NCBI GenBank assembly: GCA_965655095.1
Contig: OZ296654.1
Coordinates: 94,054,001-94,118,000 of the forward strand
DNA from: Haplodiscus bocki
Lineage: Eukaryota
Reading direction: 5' to 3'
Length of the DNA stretch: 64,000 nt
The translations under genes were made by a program, and so were the position numbers. Shown here in pieces: positions 38,270-51,198 of this stretch. The number at the start of each line of letters is the position of its first letter. Position 1 is the first letter of the stretch. The notes under the pieces were generated by a model that saw only the letters and a list, made by a program, of their open reading frames with translations, made no database searches and was not told where the DNA came from.

Positions 38270-39199
38270 AGACCTTTTTGGGCAGAACAACGAGCGGGCG
38301 ATGCAATTAGCACCACTCATATGATGGCGAACTAAGTTTTGGCCATGGAGACCGGTGCGCCGTCCGCTTAGTTGGCTGGTAAAATATCACCCCGGCCGAC
38401 TTATCCATTTCCGTCAAAGCTTTTGACAATCTAGCTTTTGGAGTTTGCACGGAGCTGTGGAAACACTTTTTGGAGCTAAAGTATTGGGCGATCAGTGTTC
38501 TCGCCCACAACTTGCGTAGGCACTTCGAGTGGTTCGTGGACTACTACGACATATCCTTGCTGCTTGTCAAGACCCCTGTCAAAAAAATCCCGGGCAAGAA
38601 AAACATGATAGCGCAAAGAACTAAAAACATGTCTACGCGAGCGGAACTGCTGTGCGATGAATCCAGCTCCTCTAGCACTTGAAACAGTTCCCCGATTTTA
38701 ACGTTATCCTGTACACTTTCTTCGAAACTTCTGTGCATAGTTTTGATCACACTCAAGGCTCATTTATTTTTGGATAGTAATCCCCCTGGTGAAACAACTT
38801 ACCAGCGGTTTGCTTTTTTTTGTGAAAAACAAGGTATTTTGCAACGAAGATCGAAACAGGAAAGAAATATTACAGAAAACAAAAGAGAAAAAATTAGAAA
38901 ATATACATCTCTACAATATAAATTAGTTATAGCATTTCAAGACCCTATTAGAAAAAATGTTAGAAAAAACATGCTTGTGCGTTTTTTGAACAGGGCAGTC
39001 TGCTGCATAATTGGTCTTCACAATAGTTTGGTAGTTCAATAGATGATTGTCAGTACATCTCATATCGGTCAGCAGTTTATAGTAACTATCTATGATAACG
39101 TTGATGATACTTTGTTGTTTAATACATAAACCTAGTCCATAAGCCGGACTGAAAATTCAGTCAATTCTCGGCAATAGTTGTTTCGTCGCTCCGCCCCAT

Positions 39200-40450
39200 A
39201 CAGTACAACCATAACCAGCAGTTGATAACAAAAAAACTAGTTAAAAGAAAGTGCAATTCAGCCGGAGAATAGCAAAGTATCTTGAGCTTTAATAACAGAA
39301 AAACAGTTGAAATGGGTTTTTCTCACAGCTTTTTCAATCTGTAAATTGAAAAACAGTCGATCATCCAGCATAAAACCTAACAGCCTCATTTGTTTAGCTT
39401 GTGCAAGGGATACGTACTGTGCTGGATAGTGCGAAATCTTTGATCGTTTCGACTAAACAACAATTTTGTCCGATTTGCTATGATTAAAAAATGTTTCGTT
39501 CCAATAATATCCTCGAGTACTAGGATTGGATTATCATAGATTGAACCATTTTCAACCTTTCCGGCTAAATATGGGGTATGGTCATCAGGGAACCCATAAA
39601 AATTAGCTTCTTTCGGTGTAGGGTTTCGTAACTTGGACATCGTAAAATTGGAGAAATAAGCTACAGGAACGGACCCTTGAGGAGCACCAAGATTGATCGG
39701 TGATACGCCTGATACTTGATTTTTGTAGAAGACTGACTGAGTACGTTTGAATAAAAAAGATATGAAGAATCGCAAAAACATAGGCACTAAGGTGCACGCT
39801 ACAACGCTGACGACATGCTTAAGCAATGCCAGAGAGCAAGTAGCAAAATCCAGAAAGGTTAGGCAGAGAACAAGCATGAGATAACAGCGGAGGTTCGAGG
39901 AGACTAATCCAACTTCAAACAAAATGAAGCTTCAGAAGAAAACTCTGCCAACTCGAAAGTCAGCGACAGCCAGCCCGTGTTTGGAAAATTCTCTCACAGA
40001 GCACTAAGGTTCCAAAAGTTGACAACTAGGAGTTATGTAAAGATATACGGAGCCCGAAACAAAAAAGCTTCCTAAAAAGCCGTTTTTCTAGAGAAATATT
40101 CTCAGAAAACTCGACTGAAGATTTTTTGCGCAACCCCGAGCCCACATGGGCACTCAAATGCTGAGGAAAAAAAAGAGACAGGCAGTTCAGGCAATTTTCC
40201 AGGTGACGAGAGTCGTAGTAAATTAACGAAAGGGGCAAAAACAATTGAAAAAATGTTCTACATCTAAAGAGTACATTGGCCCGACCACATATCTACAACC
40301 AAGCTGACCCTGAACTGCTCTCAACTGCTTTTCCAGGCAATTCAGCGGGCATCACGAAGCCCAGTTCACTTTCATTGTTTGTGCAACCGGATTAAAATGT
40401 TTCCGGAAGAGTTGGCAAAGGTTGAGGAAACCTATTTATTGAGTACTTTC
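39200..40450 (-). mobile_element. Decayed CR1/L2/jockey-type LINE reverse transcriptase fragment
   Basis: ORF 39386..39922 contains LGAPQGSV and FYGFPDDH (degenerate GVPQGSVLGP and FADD). Confidence 0.7.
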
Positions 40451-43400
40451 GGCAAAAAATCCAAGAGAAAATTTCGCTCACAGTCGAAACTTGCGCCAAA
40501 TCTCACTGATGTACACATTGCTTAATTTTTTCCCCAATTCAATTGATATGCATCACTTTGGGGAATGCTGAATGCGCTGAACGTTAGAAATGGAAAAACT
40601 TAATTGAAAATTGATTTTTTGCAGAACAAAGTTCCGTTAAAATATTGTGAAAAACTATTGGCTAAAGACTGAATGGAACCAACGCTTCATATTCCATCGC
40701 CAAACCGTTATCGGGATTCCATACGGGGGATATTACGCCAGAGAAGTGCGACAAAGTACACTTGCCCTCTGAAAAAATCAGGGTTTTCAATTATTTTCGC
40801 CAATAACTCGCCGGCGAAAAAGTCTCGGCCACCCAAAATTTCAGCCCCGTCAATTACGACATTGCCAGTGTAGCTCAGCAATAAGTCAACGGATCCTACA
40901 AATGCGTTTGTAGAAAATGAACGTCAGTGCCAAGAAACGCAGTGGGCAATGGGGAATGTCGAAAAGTTCAAAAATTTCAGCTTTTTTTTGACGGAAACTG
41001 GCCGAAAAAAAATGTTGGCAAGAAATATCAGAACACGCATTTCCAAGCTTCCTGTAGAGACAAGACTCAAAAATATACCTTTTGCCCTCCAAGAAATCCG
41101 AAAATTGAAATTTTCATCGTTAACAACTCGCCGGAAAAAATTCGGCGGCCAAAAATTGGAATACGATAGATTGTGAGCCCGTCGTAATGTTTTTACAAAA
41201 TTTGGGTAAATCTGACCAATAGGTGCCGAGAAGATTACATTCGAAGAGATGAAAATCAGAGGGAAGTCAAGGACGGAAAAAAATGAAAACACTTTGACGT
41301 GTCCTTGTGTGAATAGGCTTCACTCCGTTCGCCTAACAAAAGGAGTTAGTGAAGGTTGCAGTTCCTACAAAGCACTGATGATGACCCAACGCGGAAGCTT
41401 GTCAAACGCTTTCGATACGTCTGAGAAAACTTTGATATAGTAATGATCGATATTTTGAACTTCGACAAAAAAGTTGTCAGCAAAAACGCGCCATTGAAAT
41501 ACATGATTTTTTTCTCAATCCAAACTGAGTTGGTAACAAGACGGCCGGCTACCACCCGCATTATTTGCGCCTTTCGAATTTGGTTAAAATATGATTTTGA
41601 AACATGAAAACGTTTTTACCTCGGAAAATAACATTTTTCCATCATATTTTCTAATTTTCAATAACGTTCAAAGTTGCCAAAGAAACCACATATTGAGGGC
41701 TGAAAACACATTTTAAAGAAATATTACTATATTATACATATTCCACAGCAAAGTTACTACCTTTGGCGATTTTCAAAAAATTCAAGACTTTTTTTTCGAA
41801 AAACCCATCTATTTTTCAAAAAAACCTCAAATTTTCAACCTTTCGAGAAATTTTACTACTTTACTGTCATTCTATGGAAAATTTGCAACAATGTGATGAA
41901 AAAAATGACATTCAAACACGTGAACAACAGATGTTGGCTCGTCCACGCGAGCTCAATTGGCAAATACCGAGAAAAAAAACGCACCCATTTGAGAGGAAGA
42001 TTTTGTTTTCCATATTTTCAATATGGCCCAAAATATTAAATTTGTTGAATAAATTGGGAGTAGATACTTCTTGCTAAAGACTAATCTCTCAAATAACCTC
42101 AATACAACTGGAGTAATAGAGACAGGTCCTAAATTAAATACATTACTAGGGTCCTACCCTTCGGGTATTGGAATAACTCGGGTAAAGCACGTTTGAACAA
42201 TTCTGTAAAGAAGCCAAGCTCTAAATAGCTATGGGTTCTGATAAAAACATTGCATTTTCTTTGAATATAGTAATTCGTCCCATCTAGGAGCCGATGATTT
42301 CATACGAATAAATTCGTAAACTACAATAACACTAAATAAAGGTTGGTTATATCTCAAAAGACTCGGAAACTGATGATGTCATCCAAGTTGTCAGTTATAG
42401 ACATCACAAAGGTTTTGTTCAACCAAAATGTGGGAGATCAGTCTCCAGATATGAATCATCTATGATACATAACTTACTTTGATTCCACCGCCGTTTGCTT
42501 CCTGTTTTGTTGTTTCTACTAATGGCTGATTTGGCAATCAAAGTCTTGATGGTGCTTTCATACTCTTTAGCCTTTTCTATTCTTCCATGTTTCTAAAGTT
42601 TATTCTTTTAGGATGGGCAAGTTTTCTTGTGGCGTCATATCTGGTGGATCTGTACTAGTGATGACAAAGACTTTTCTTGGACAAAATGTGTCAAAACAGA
42701 AGTAAGCCCATAAATTAATCAAGTTCAGAAAACTGAATCAAAAAATTTCTCCTATGTTTCTTTGGATAAAGAACGTGATATCATGTCTATTCGTGATTTT
42801 CGCTGATCTCAGATTTTAACTTTCTGTTTCTGAATTCAGTTGGCAGGAAAGTAAAATTGTTTGATGATCTGAAGGAGCGGAGGGCTTCAGGCCTTCAGCG
42901 TCAGACTCTATCAACATTTGAAGCTAATACGTTATCCAGCACCTTATTGCCTCTACGAGAAGGTTTTCGTAGGCTTGTCACGTTTGTATATAGAAAGATG
43001 TTTTCAAGGGAATAATCATTCAAGCCTCCAAGTAACAAAAATTTGTAAGAAGGATAGACATCAGTGAGTGTCTATCATTTAATCTATCAACTCACTGCAG
43101 CAGCTATCGCTCGGATGATAATATACTGAGCGTAAGATCAGACGAATATCAGTAAAACCCAAAATAAACCATAAAATTTCAGCTACAGGAATGTCCAATA
43201 TTTTGAAAGTAACATTTTTTTGAATAGAAAGAAAGACTACAACCATGAGTTTTCGTGGAATTACAACAATTTCTGTCATGTCTAAAAATACTATAGCCAG
43301 ATAATGCAAGTTGATCATAGTGAACAATTTCATTTAACCAGCTTTCAACAATGCATGTAACACAACTTTACGTGAGGGCATCTGCAGCAATAAGTTCAAA

Positions 43401-44996
43401 AGAGTTGCGCTTGTTGAGAAAGCTACTATTTAAAAGCATAAAAATCAAAGTGTTGATATCTAGTCACAAACTCACTAGAACCTCTTTGTGAAAAAACGGA
43501 AACTTCGCTCGATATTAGATTCTTCTTTTGGTATTCCGCTCTCTAGCATATGCAAATGTTTCTTCAAAACCTTTTCCATTTCAAGTTCCCTTGCTGTAAG
43601 TTGAAGGGCTATACTGATCTTTTCATCAGCAAAATCTTCGAGCTTAATAACATTGCAAATAATTCGTTTTGCCACATACGTAGTAGTGTATCGTAACACG
43701 AATTTTTGTCAAATCTGAAGATATCACTAACACTATTCATAACATCTTGATTTAGAAAATAAAAAACGTTAGATACACATAGGTAGATCGATCAATCAAT
43801 CCCATCGATTTTTTTGTCGGTTTCCGATACGTTTGAAATGCGGATCTGAATAATAAAGGGAGGAATCGTATGAACATTCCCTCTCACGTTGTTGCTGCTA
43901 TGTTGGCGGATTGTCTACTTTCGCTAGTGCTGGTTTCAAAGAATAAACCTGTTTTGTATTTAGCATTTCATTTTGAGAGAATTAACAGCTTCTAAGGCAC
44001 AGAGTTTCCTTCCGCAAATTTTATTTGAGATGAAACTCCTTCGAAAACACACACATTGTTGTCTTTCTTTTTTTGGTTTTATTGAGACATTTACTCAATT
44101 CTTTGTCTGAGGCTTCAGGTAATTGTCCCACAGTCGAGCAATAGCTAGAATCGACAGAATCCAGACGGAATCTCTCCGCCTATCCTCCTGCTTGGGAGCC
44201 ACCACGCCTGCTCCCTCCACCATTCCTATATGAAAAAAAACTATTTATAGGTTTATCACAAAAAGCAGAATTCAGTCCATGCAATGGGCCAGAGTGCGAG
44301 TATCAGATTTTGTTCTTTCCGCTTGCATTCGTACCCAGTTTTGCTAATCATTCCTTCTTGGTGTTCTTTTCGGACCGCACCGCGGCCGCTAACAAACAAC
44401 GCAGCTGATAAGATCAGGCGGCGGCTGAGTAAATAGGTCACAACGGTCCGCTCGTCTAATATTCTCTTTATTATTTTCAGACGCACGCTCTGGAGAAAAA
44501 AAAATTCTCTACACTCCTTCAAATTTTTCTAAGCCTATAGCTTCCCGAGAACTGTAGCCTCAAAAACGCCGATTTTTGCTCAGGAGTTCACTTGAAAATC
44601 CTTACTGCAGTCTTCAACACTTATTACATAAATATACTTCACCAAGGGCTTGGCTCTTGGAACGAACACTGCCGAAGCTATTTCTGTACATCAACTCTAA
44701 TGTTAAACATGTTTAGCAATTCACTTGGTCTTTGCTAACAAAGTGTTTGATTTTCAAATTAACACTTTTTATTTTTGGATGAACACTAAGTTGAAAATCC
44801 ATGAAATCTATCAAGTCTGGCAGTTCAATTTTCGGAACATTTAGGGGTCAACGACTTATTTTGGAATTTCTTCGACTCCACAGGTTCCAGATGCCTTGGA
44901 TATCTCTGCAAAGAATGAAGCACAATTCTTTAGGAGTCTTTTAAATCAAACTTGCAGAAATTTTGATATATTTTTCAACGAAATATTTGGTTGTCT

Positions 44997-46419
44997 CAGG
45001 TTGGCCACATTTAATTCGAAGAAAAAGGGACCTTGCGAAGCCTCATAAAAAGGGACCAATAAGGGACCTGAAATTAACCCGTAAATAGAAAAACGGACGT
45101 TTAAGGGACCCTCTTTTATACTTGAATTGTAAGAGGCACTACTAGAAAAAAAATAAATGTTAACTTAAGAACTGAATTTTCAGAATTCTATTTAAGCGCA
45201 AGAGATTGTGACCAGTAACTTTGGTCCATTTAAACAGAATACATTATAACAGACATTATAACAGAGGCCTTGGGCACTCAGAGAAACCAGGTCGATGGTG
45301 CGTCGCGTTCTTTCATTAACATCGCTTTGCGGCTTCCAAGGTCAGATACCAGCTTCCGAGCTTGCTCAAGCTCATTGTTGGTCGCTGTGATATCCCGCTG
45401 AACCGTCAGTGTTGACTTTGTTTGACACCATCATATGTTTCTGTGGTCATATTGCTTCGGTAACTTGTCTCAGTTGTCTTCATCAGTGAAAATGCGGATT
45501 CGACAATCATGTTGTGAGTAGAAACTAGTAGGCAGGACGATATGAGCTTGGTCACAACGGGGAATGATTCAAGAAACGCCAGCATAGACTCATATAGAGA
45601 AAGAAACCGAACCGAAGTATACACGGGATAGTTAACGACGTCGAGAAAGTCGGAGCACTGTTTCATTATCGATTATCTTGGGACACTGTTGTTCCATCAG
45701 TGCCCGAAATCCTGACTTCCGACCAAGCATTACATTGCAATTATCTGTCATAAGATACACTAAATTAGATAAATCCAGATTGTGCTGCTGAAGGGCTGCC
45801 ACGGTCGCATTAAAGACGGCGGTCTCACTGTCCACCAACTTAATATCATCAATGGACTTTACAGAACTGCTAGATTTGATAAAACAGTGGTGGCTCTGGC
45901 ATTTGCTATCTCGATTGTAACTTGATTCCCTAAAAAATATTGCATTATTGAACGCAAAGGTCTATTTATTGTATTTTAATATTCACCTGAGTGTACTGCT
46001 TCAGAAGTAACATGGACGACGTAGGTTTGATGTTGCTCGAGAGATCCACATCCCTTCTTAACAGACAGAATCCTGCCGTCATATCTGCATTTGACATGAT
46101 GTTCGTCACCCGGTATCCTCACTGCCCATCGGAATTTCGACAGAAGCGTCTCAGTAACCTTACATACACCCATCTGAAAAACAAATGTTTCAGACCTGTT
46201 TCAAATAGGTCTGAAACATTTGAAAATAGGCTATTTGGCAACAATATACAAGAAATTCCGCAGTTGATGTTTAGGTATACAAAAAAGTTATTATCAAGCT
46301 AATACACATTAATGATCTGTTCTAAATGTGCCTAAATTGATCAACCCTAGGTCCCTTAAAAAGGGACTTTTGAATGTTAAGGGACCAGGTCCCTTAAAAA
46401 AGACCAAGTGGCCACCCTG
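44997..46419 (-). mobile_element. Internally deleted hAT DNA transposon (1423 bp) with TIRs and 8-bp TSD
   Basis: TIRs CAGGTTGGCCAC / GTGGCCACCCTG; TSD GGTTGTCT at 44989-44996 and 46420-46427; subterminal AGGGACC/GGTCCCT repeats; transposase pieces: BED-like finger (45976-46173), LMTDNCNVMLGRKSG (45632-45838), hAT dimerisation-like FPVVTKLISSCLLVSTHNMIVESAFSLMK (45406-45666). Confidence 0.92.
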
Positions 46420-47249
46420 GGTTGTCTTATGGGCTTTTTGACACAAGAACAATGAAAGTCGGTCGTTTATTTTTTGGGGCAGATGGACACTAGAGGCATT
46501 TACAGTGGCATCCTACCCAAAATCTGCCACAAAAACTTGCCGCAAGTTTGAGTATTTCAGGGCAGTGGACACTTTTAGCAGATGTTATGGAGAAAATTTC
46601 ACGAGTTTTTCTCCAAGTCATCTTCATTTTGGAGCAAGTCGTATCTTGATGACTCACGCAAGCAGCCATCACCGCATTTTTACGAACGAAAAGAAAAACC
46701 TGGAAAACGGGATATTCCACCTCTTCCACCATGCAGACATCACACAAACTTCAAAAGATAAATCTGAACAAGACACCCGGCTACCACCAGGATATTATTC
46801 GCCCTCCAACTTTGTTGAAGATGCTTTTCAGGGTGAAAGCGCTATTTTTGGAAAGAAAACTCCCTGAATTTTCTAATTTTCTGAAATGCAAAAATGCTTT
46901 GTTTTCCAAAGCTACAATTTAAGTAGGAAAAAGACATTTTGAAAAATAGCATCACTTGATACTCACCAAATTTCCCACCTCAACAGATTTTGAATTATTT
47001 CAAGATTTTTCTCAAAAAATCCCAAATTGCGTACATATTTAAAAAATTCTCTACTTCAGTCTGATTCTAAGGCAAATTTGTTACAATTTGGTGATTAAAA
47101 AAGTTTTCAAATTCCGGACATTCGGACATTTTCAATTGGCAAGTAAACATCAAAAAAAACTCACTCGTTGAGAGGATGATTTTCTTTTCATATTTAATTA
47201 TGGGCGGAAAATAATTAAACAAGCAATCGAAATAAAATATACCGCCCAG

Positions 47250-48121
47250 TTAAGCTTCCTGCTCTTTTCATCGACGACATCTTCATTGAAAGTGGGTCCA
47301 AACTACTAGTCGAAAGTTCTGTGACGGCGAGGCATGAACTCACGTTCTGTTTCATACATTTCGTTTTTGCCGCCCGTTCGGAACAACGAATAGTACTCCC
47401 TCTTTTCTGCACAAACCAGTGGGACAAACAATTTATGAAGGCCCAGTGTTGTTGTCTATAACCACAACTTTTGCTTTCTTTTTGATAATTTAACGCACAT
47501 TCTTGAGACATTTCATATTTTCAAATTTTCATGGACATTATCTTATTTCTCCGTTGAAATTTTTTGAACCTCTGCCACAATTTTCTTTGCTTTTTGGCTC
47601 GTCGCCCTTTTTGGAACAATGGCATGTGTTAAATTCAATTTCTCCGCAATAAGATTGTTCGAAGATTTCGGTTCTTTTTCTTCGCAGTTTTTGGTCAATT
47701 TTTGTCCTTCGTTTGTTGGCTTTTATCGCTTCGATGACTCAATTCTTTTGAACAATCGGTTATCAATCCCAAAGAACTCTGAGAACTATTGACTCCGTGG
47801 GGTTTAACAAAATTCTTCGCGATATTTGCCAAACTTTTCTTTTTCGTCAACTTGCGTTTGAAATTTGAACTCTTTCATATTTTTGGCTTGGCTCTTCTGT
47901 TGACGATTTCGACGAATTGGTGAATTGAGGAATATCCTAATCAGCTCTCAATGAAACAGTTTTTGTCAGTTCCTTTTTAGTGACAACAGAGCTGAAAATT
48001 TTGAGAGTGATCCAGTAGAATTATTCTGCATGCTTTCAAATTTGAAGTATTTTTTGGGAGTAGGCTTTCGTTGAGAGCAAATTTTAGGTCCTACTGCAAT
48101 TTTTCCTATTGCCAACAAAAC
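47250..48121 (-). pseudogene. Pseudogene of a basic-N-terminus / L7Ae-domain gene (probable paralog of 9063..10268)
   Basis: From 47516 the frame reads MKCLKNVR*IIKKKAKVVVIDNNTGPS*IVCPTGLCRKEGVLFVV, then frameshifts to SSCLAVTE..LDPL; 5' context ttcag|gttttgttgg resembles that of the intact gene, with ATA where ATG is expected. Confidence 0.65.
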
Positions 48122-50338
48122 CTGAATTCAAAAAAGACAAGCATAAAGGATGCTAGACATCAAACGCCCAGAATTTAGCACAGAAAGAAGTCAGCAAAAC
48201 TAACGGACAGTTTTCAAAAAGCAGAAAATATCATGTGATGAAAACTTTAGAATTTAAAATCTGAATGACTCAGCAGTCCCATCAACGGCATTACGACAGC
48301 AACACGAAAATTGATTGAATCATTAAGCATTCACCGAAACTGAGGCAAACGTGCTACGCAAAATTATGAATAAGGACAATATCTACATCTCGGAAAGTAA
48401 AAATAAAACGTTGGGCATTTCAGCATTCATTCATCTTTCGCTTAGGAGGTGGTTTCGATTTTTTTCAAACAGCGGAAAAAAGTAAAAATCATTCGGCCCA
48501 GCTGCTATCGTTTACTGCTTGAAGAGTTTGGAAGATGGACCGAAACAATCAGTTAGGGAGTCAACAGTTTCTTCATGCCAAACGAGCTCAGAAAAGCTCA
48601 AAGTCGGCGCTGCTCATCATTTGAGCGCGAAAATTTGGGTAAACCATAGAGGGGTATCACACAAATTTGGTCGATTAAGAAAGAAGACGCCCAGCTACCA
48701 TAGGGATATTTTCCACCACCAATCTTTGTTAAAAAGTGTTTATAGCAAAAATTACTCTTTTTTACATCCACATTGATACTTTTACCGATTTGAAAAACTT
48801 TCATTTTTTAAAAAAATCTCAAACTTTGGTCGGAAAAAGCGTATTCAAGAAAAATTACCCGTTTCAAGGTATTCTGCAGAAAATTTTTTTATTTCCCAAA
48901 AAATCGGAATTTATAGTCTAGTTAAAGTGGTCCTTTTTGTCCAAACATTTTCCCGCCATTTTATCGGGAATCTTTGGCGCCTTCTTGACGAATTGCACGT
49001 TTGACTTCACGTATCGTTGCGTGCAATTGGCAAGTTCATGTCAAGAAAACCTAATGCTGACTGAATGAATTTCTTTTTATATGAAATATGGACGGACGGA
49101 AAGTAATGCAAAAAAGAAGTGACTACAACAGTTGGCTTTTCCTACAAAAGTGCCGACTAAAAGTCAGACGAAAAATTGAATATTTAAATTGTGATGAAAA
49201 GACGATTCGAGTTTTGAATTTGATAATTCTAAGAATCGGTTCCTGAAAAAAGAGACCCAGCAAAGAAAGCTTACGACCAAAGAAAACAGCATGGACGCCA
49301 TGAACAAAAACGAAGCCAGTTTAACTCGATAGAATTCGAAATTCAGTTCAGAAGAAGTGATAAAAAGTCACTATTTTAGCGAAAGCAGCAAACAAGATGA
49401 ACACAAAAATTTAATTTTACGGTCAACATTGAAAAAATTCGATTTTTAGTCAACATTTTACGTACGTAAAAAACCTTCTTTTACATATAACTCGTTTTTT
49501 CCACTGCTAAAAGGTCCAAAAAGTTTTGACAAAGGTTTATGGCCAATCCAACAAAATGACTGGTACTGTAAAAGGCTCCGGTGGTCTAGCGCGTAGGACA
49601 AAAGGTTTGTAAGCCATACGGGTTCGAGACTATTAATACTTTTTTTTTCGAGATAACACCTATTTTTGTTGTTTTTCTTCAATACCCTCCCCCATATTTC
49701 ATGAAACCCGCTTATACAATTTAAGCTTTTGCAGATAATACCACACCGCAGATTTGAACGTGTTAATTATCTTTAAAAGATGAGATTTCTGTTTAAATTT
49801 GATCAACGGATAGTCGAGAGGTTGAATCATCCGAAAATTTCTTTCCAAATCATTTGTGCAATTCAGTCAATTTTGCATCAAAAACAGCCACGGACTTTAG
49901 TTGGAAAGAATGAACTGAACGATATTTTTCGTCACAAACTATCAGCAAAAATTTCGCCAATCACTTTGTAATCAATAATCGCAACACAACACATTTCACA
50001 AATGATCATTGTTTTCTGCCATTATTCAGTGTGCGAGAACAATCATCCTTTCGTTCTATGCCTTTTTTAGGTATACTTAGCCCATTGCAATATTTCGAGT
50101 TGAAATATTTCAACCACCAAATTGGTCGTAGAATGCGAATTAGAGTACTATAGGTGAAAATCACCCAAAAAGTGTTAGATTTGCAGTACAATGTGTAAAA
50201 ATGCAAAAATTTCCTCGAAACGTTCATTTCAGGAACAATTCAAAGGGCTTTCAATAACACAAACATTTATTGGTAAATAAAGATTACAAATGAAAATTAT
50301 CAAGTAACCAAACTTTTCTCGTAAAGATTCTCATATCT

Positions 50339-51198
50339 TCAATTGTCATTATTAGTACTAGAAACAATGCCTCCATTAGAACCAGCTGAAATATGCTCCG
50401 TTGTCTCTGCGTTTTCAATTTCTACGGAACTTGATCGCAAGTTTGAGGAACTGGAGACCTCATTTTGAGGAGGCCCCGAATCGGATGTCGTTCCGCTAAC
50501 TACAGGCGGTGGAGGATTCCAATAATGCGATGTATCCACGTATTGGTCGCTGTTGTCATCAAAACCATCATCATCGTTATCGTATTCATCGTCAAAGTCG
50601 TCATTGCTAAAACAATCTGAAGCACCGTTCAAAAACTCGGAACCACTGCCCAGATCTCCTGAAGAAGGCGACATCTCTTCTATCGAGATCCGACATCCGG
50701 AAGACTCCACAGATTTTTGGTTTTGGGTCGTTACAGAAGCATTACTTTTGGAATCCGACTGAAATTGTTGTGACCTCTGTGAAGAATCCATCGTCGATGT
50801 ATGTTTTTGCGGCATTTTTCCAGAAGTTCCGAAGTTACTTTTGTACTGCGATGTGCTGGAGGCGTCCGAAAAATTGGAAGTCATTTTTGGACCGGAGATC
50901 TGGCCCTGAAAGTTAGGCGCTGAGTTCCAGTAGCTACAAGGAAAATTTTGCGGTTTTTGGGCCCCGTTTTGATTTGGGACCGAAATTGTTGTGGATGTTG
51001 TTGTTGTAGCGGGGTCCGATAAAGCTATGACGCCGTCGGTTGTCGTGAAGTTTGATTTGAAACAGACAGTAATGAATTTTCCCACAGGGTATTCAAACCC
51101 GTTCAGTTTTTCTTTGGCGTATAAAGCATTCAGAGGTGTTTTGTACTTAGGGAAACAACATGCCATCTCATCCTTGTTTTCGGTTTTGTCAGCACCAC
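50339..51198 (-). CDS. RBM45: RBM45-like RNA-binding protein, last exon (second half of RRM3 plus Ser/Asp-rich tail)
   Basis: KYKTPLNALYAKEKLNGFEYPVGKFITVCF matches the RBM45 RRM3 signature (AIYAKxKLHGFEYPPG); acceptor gatcag|GT at 51199/51198; minus-strand AATAAA at 50266-50271. Confidence 0.8.

Noticed and set aside
42100-44100. Possible decayed retroelement on the minus strand
   Set aside because: Only vague peptide hints and no motif clear enough to assign a class.
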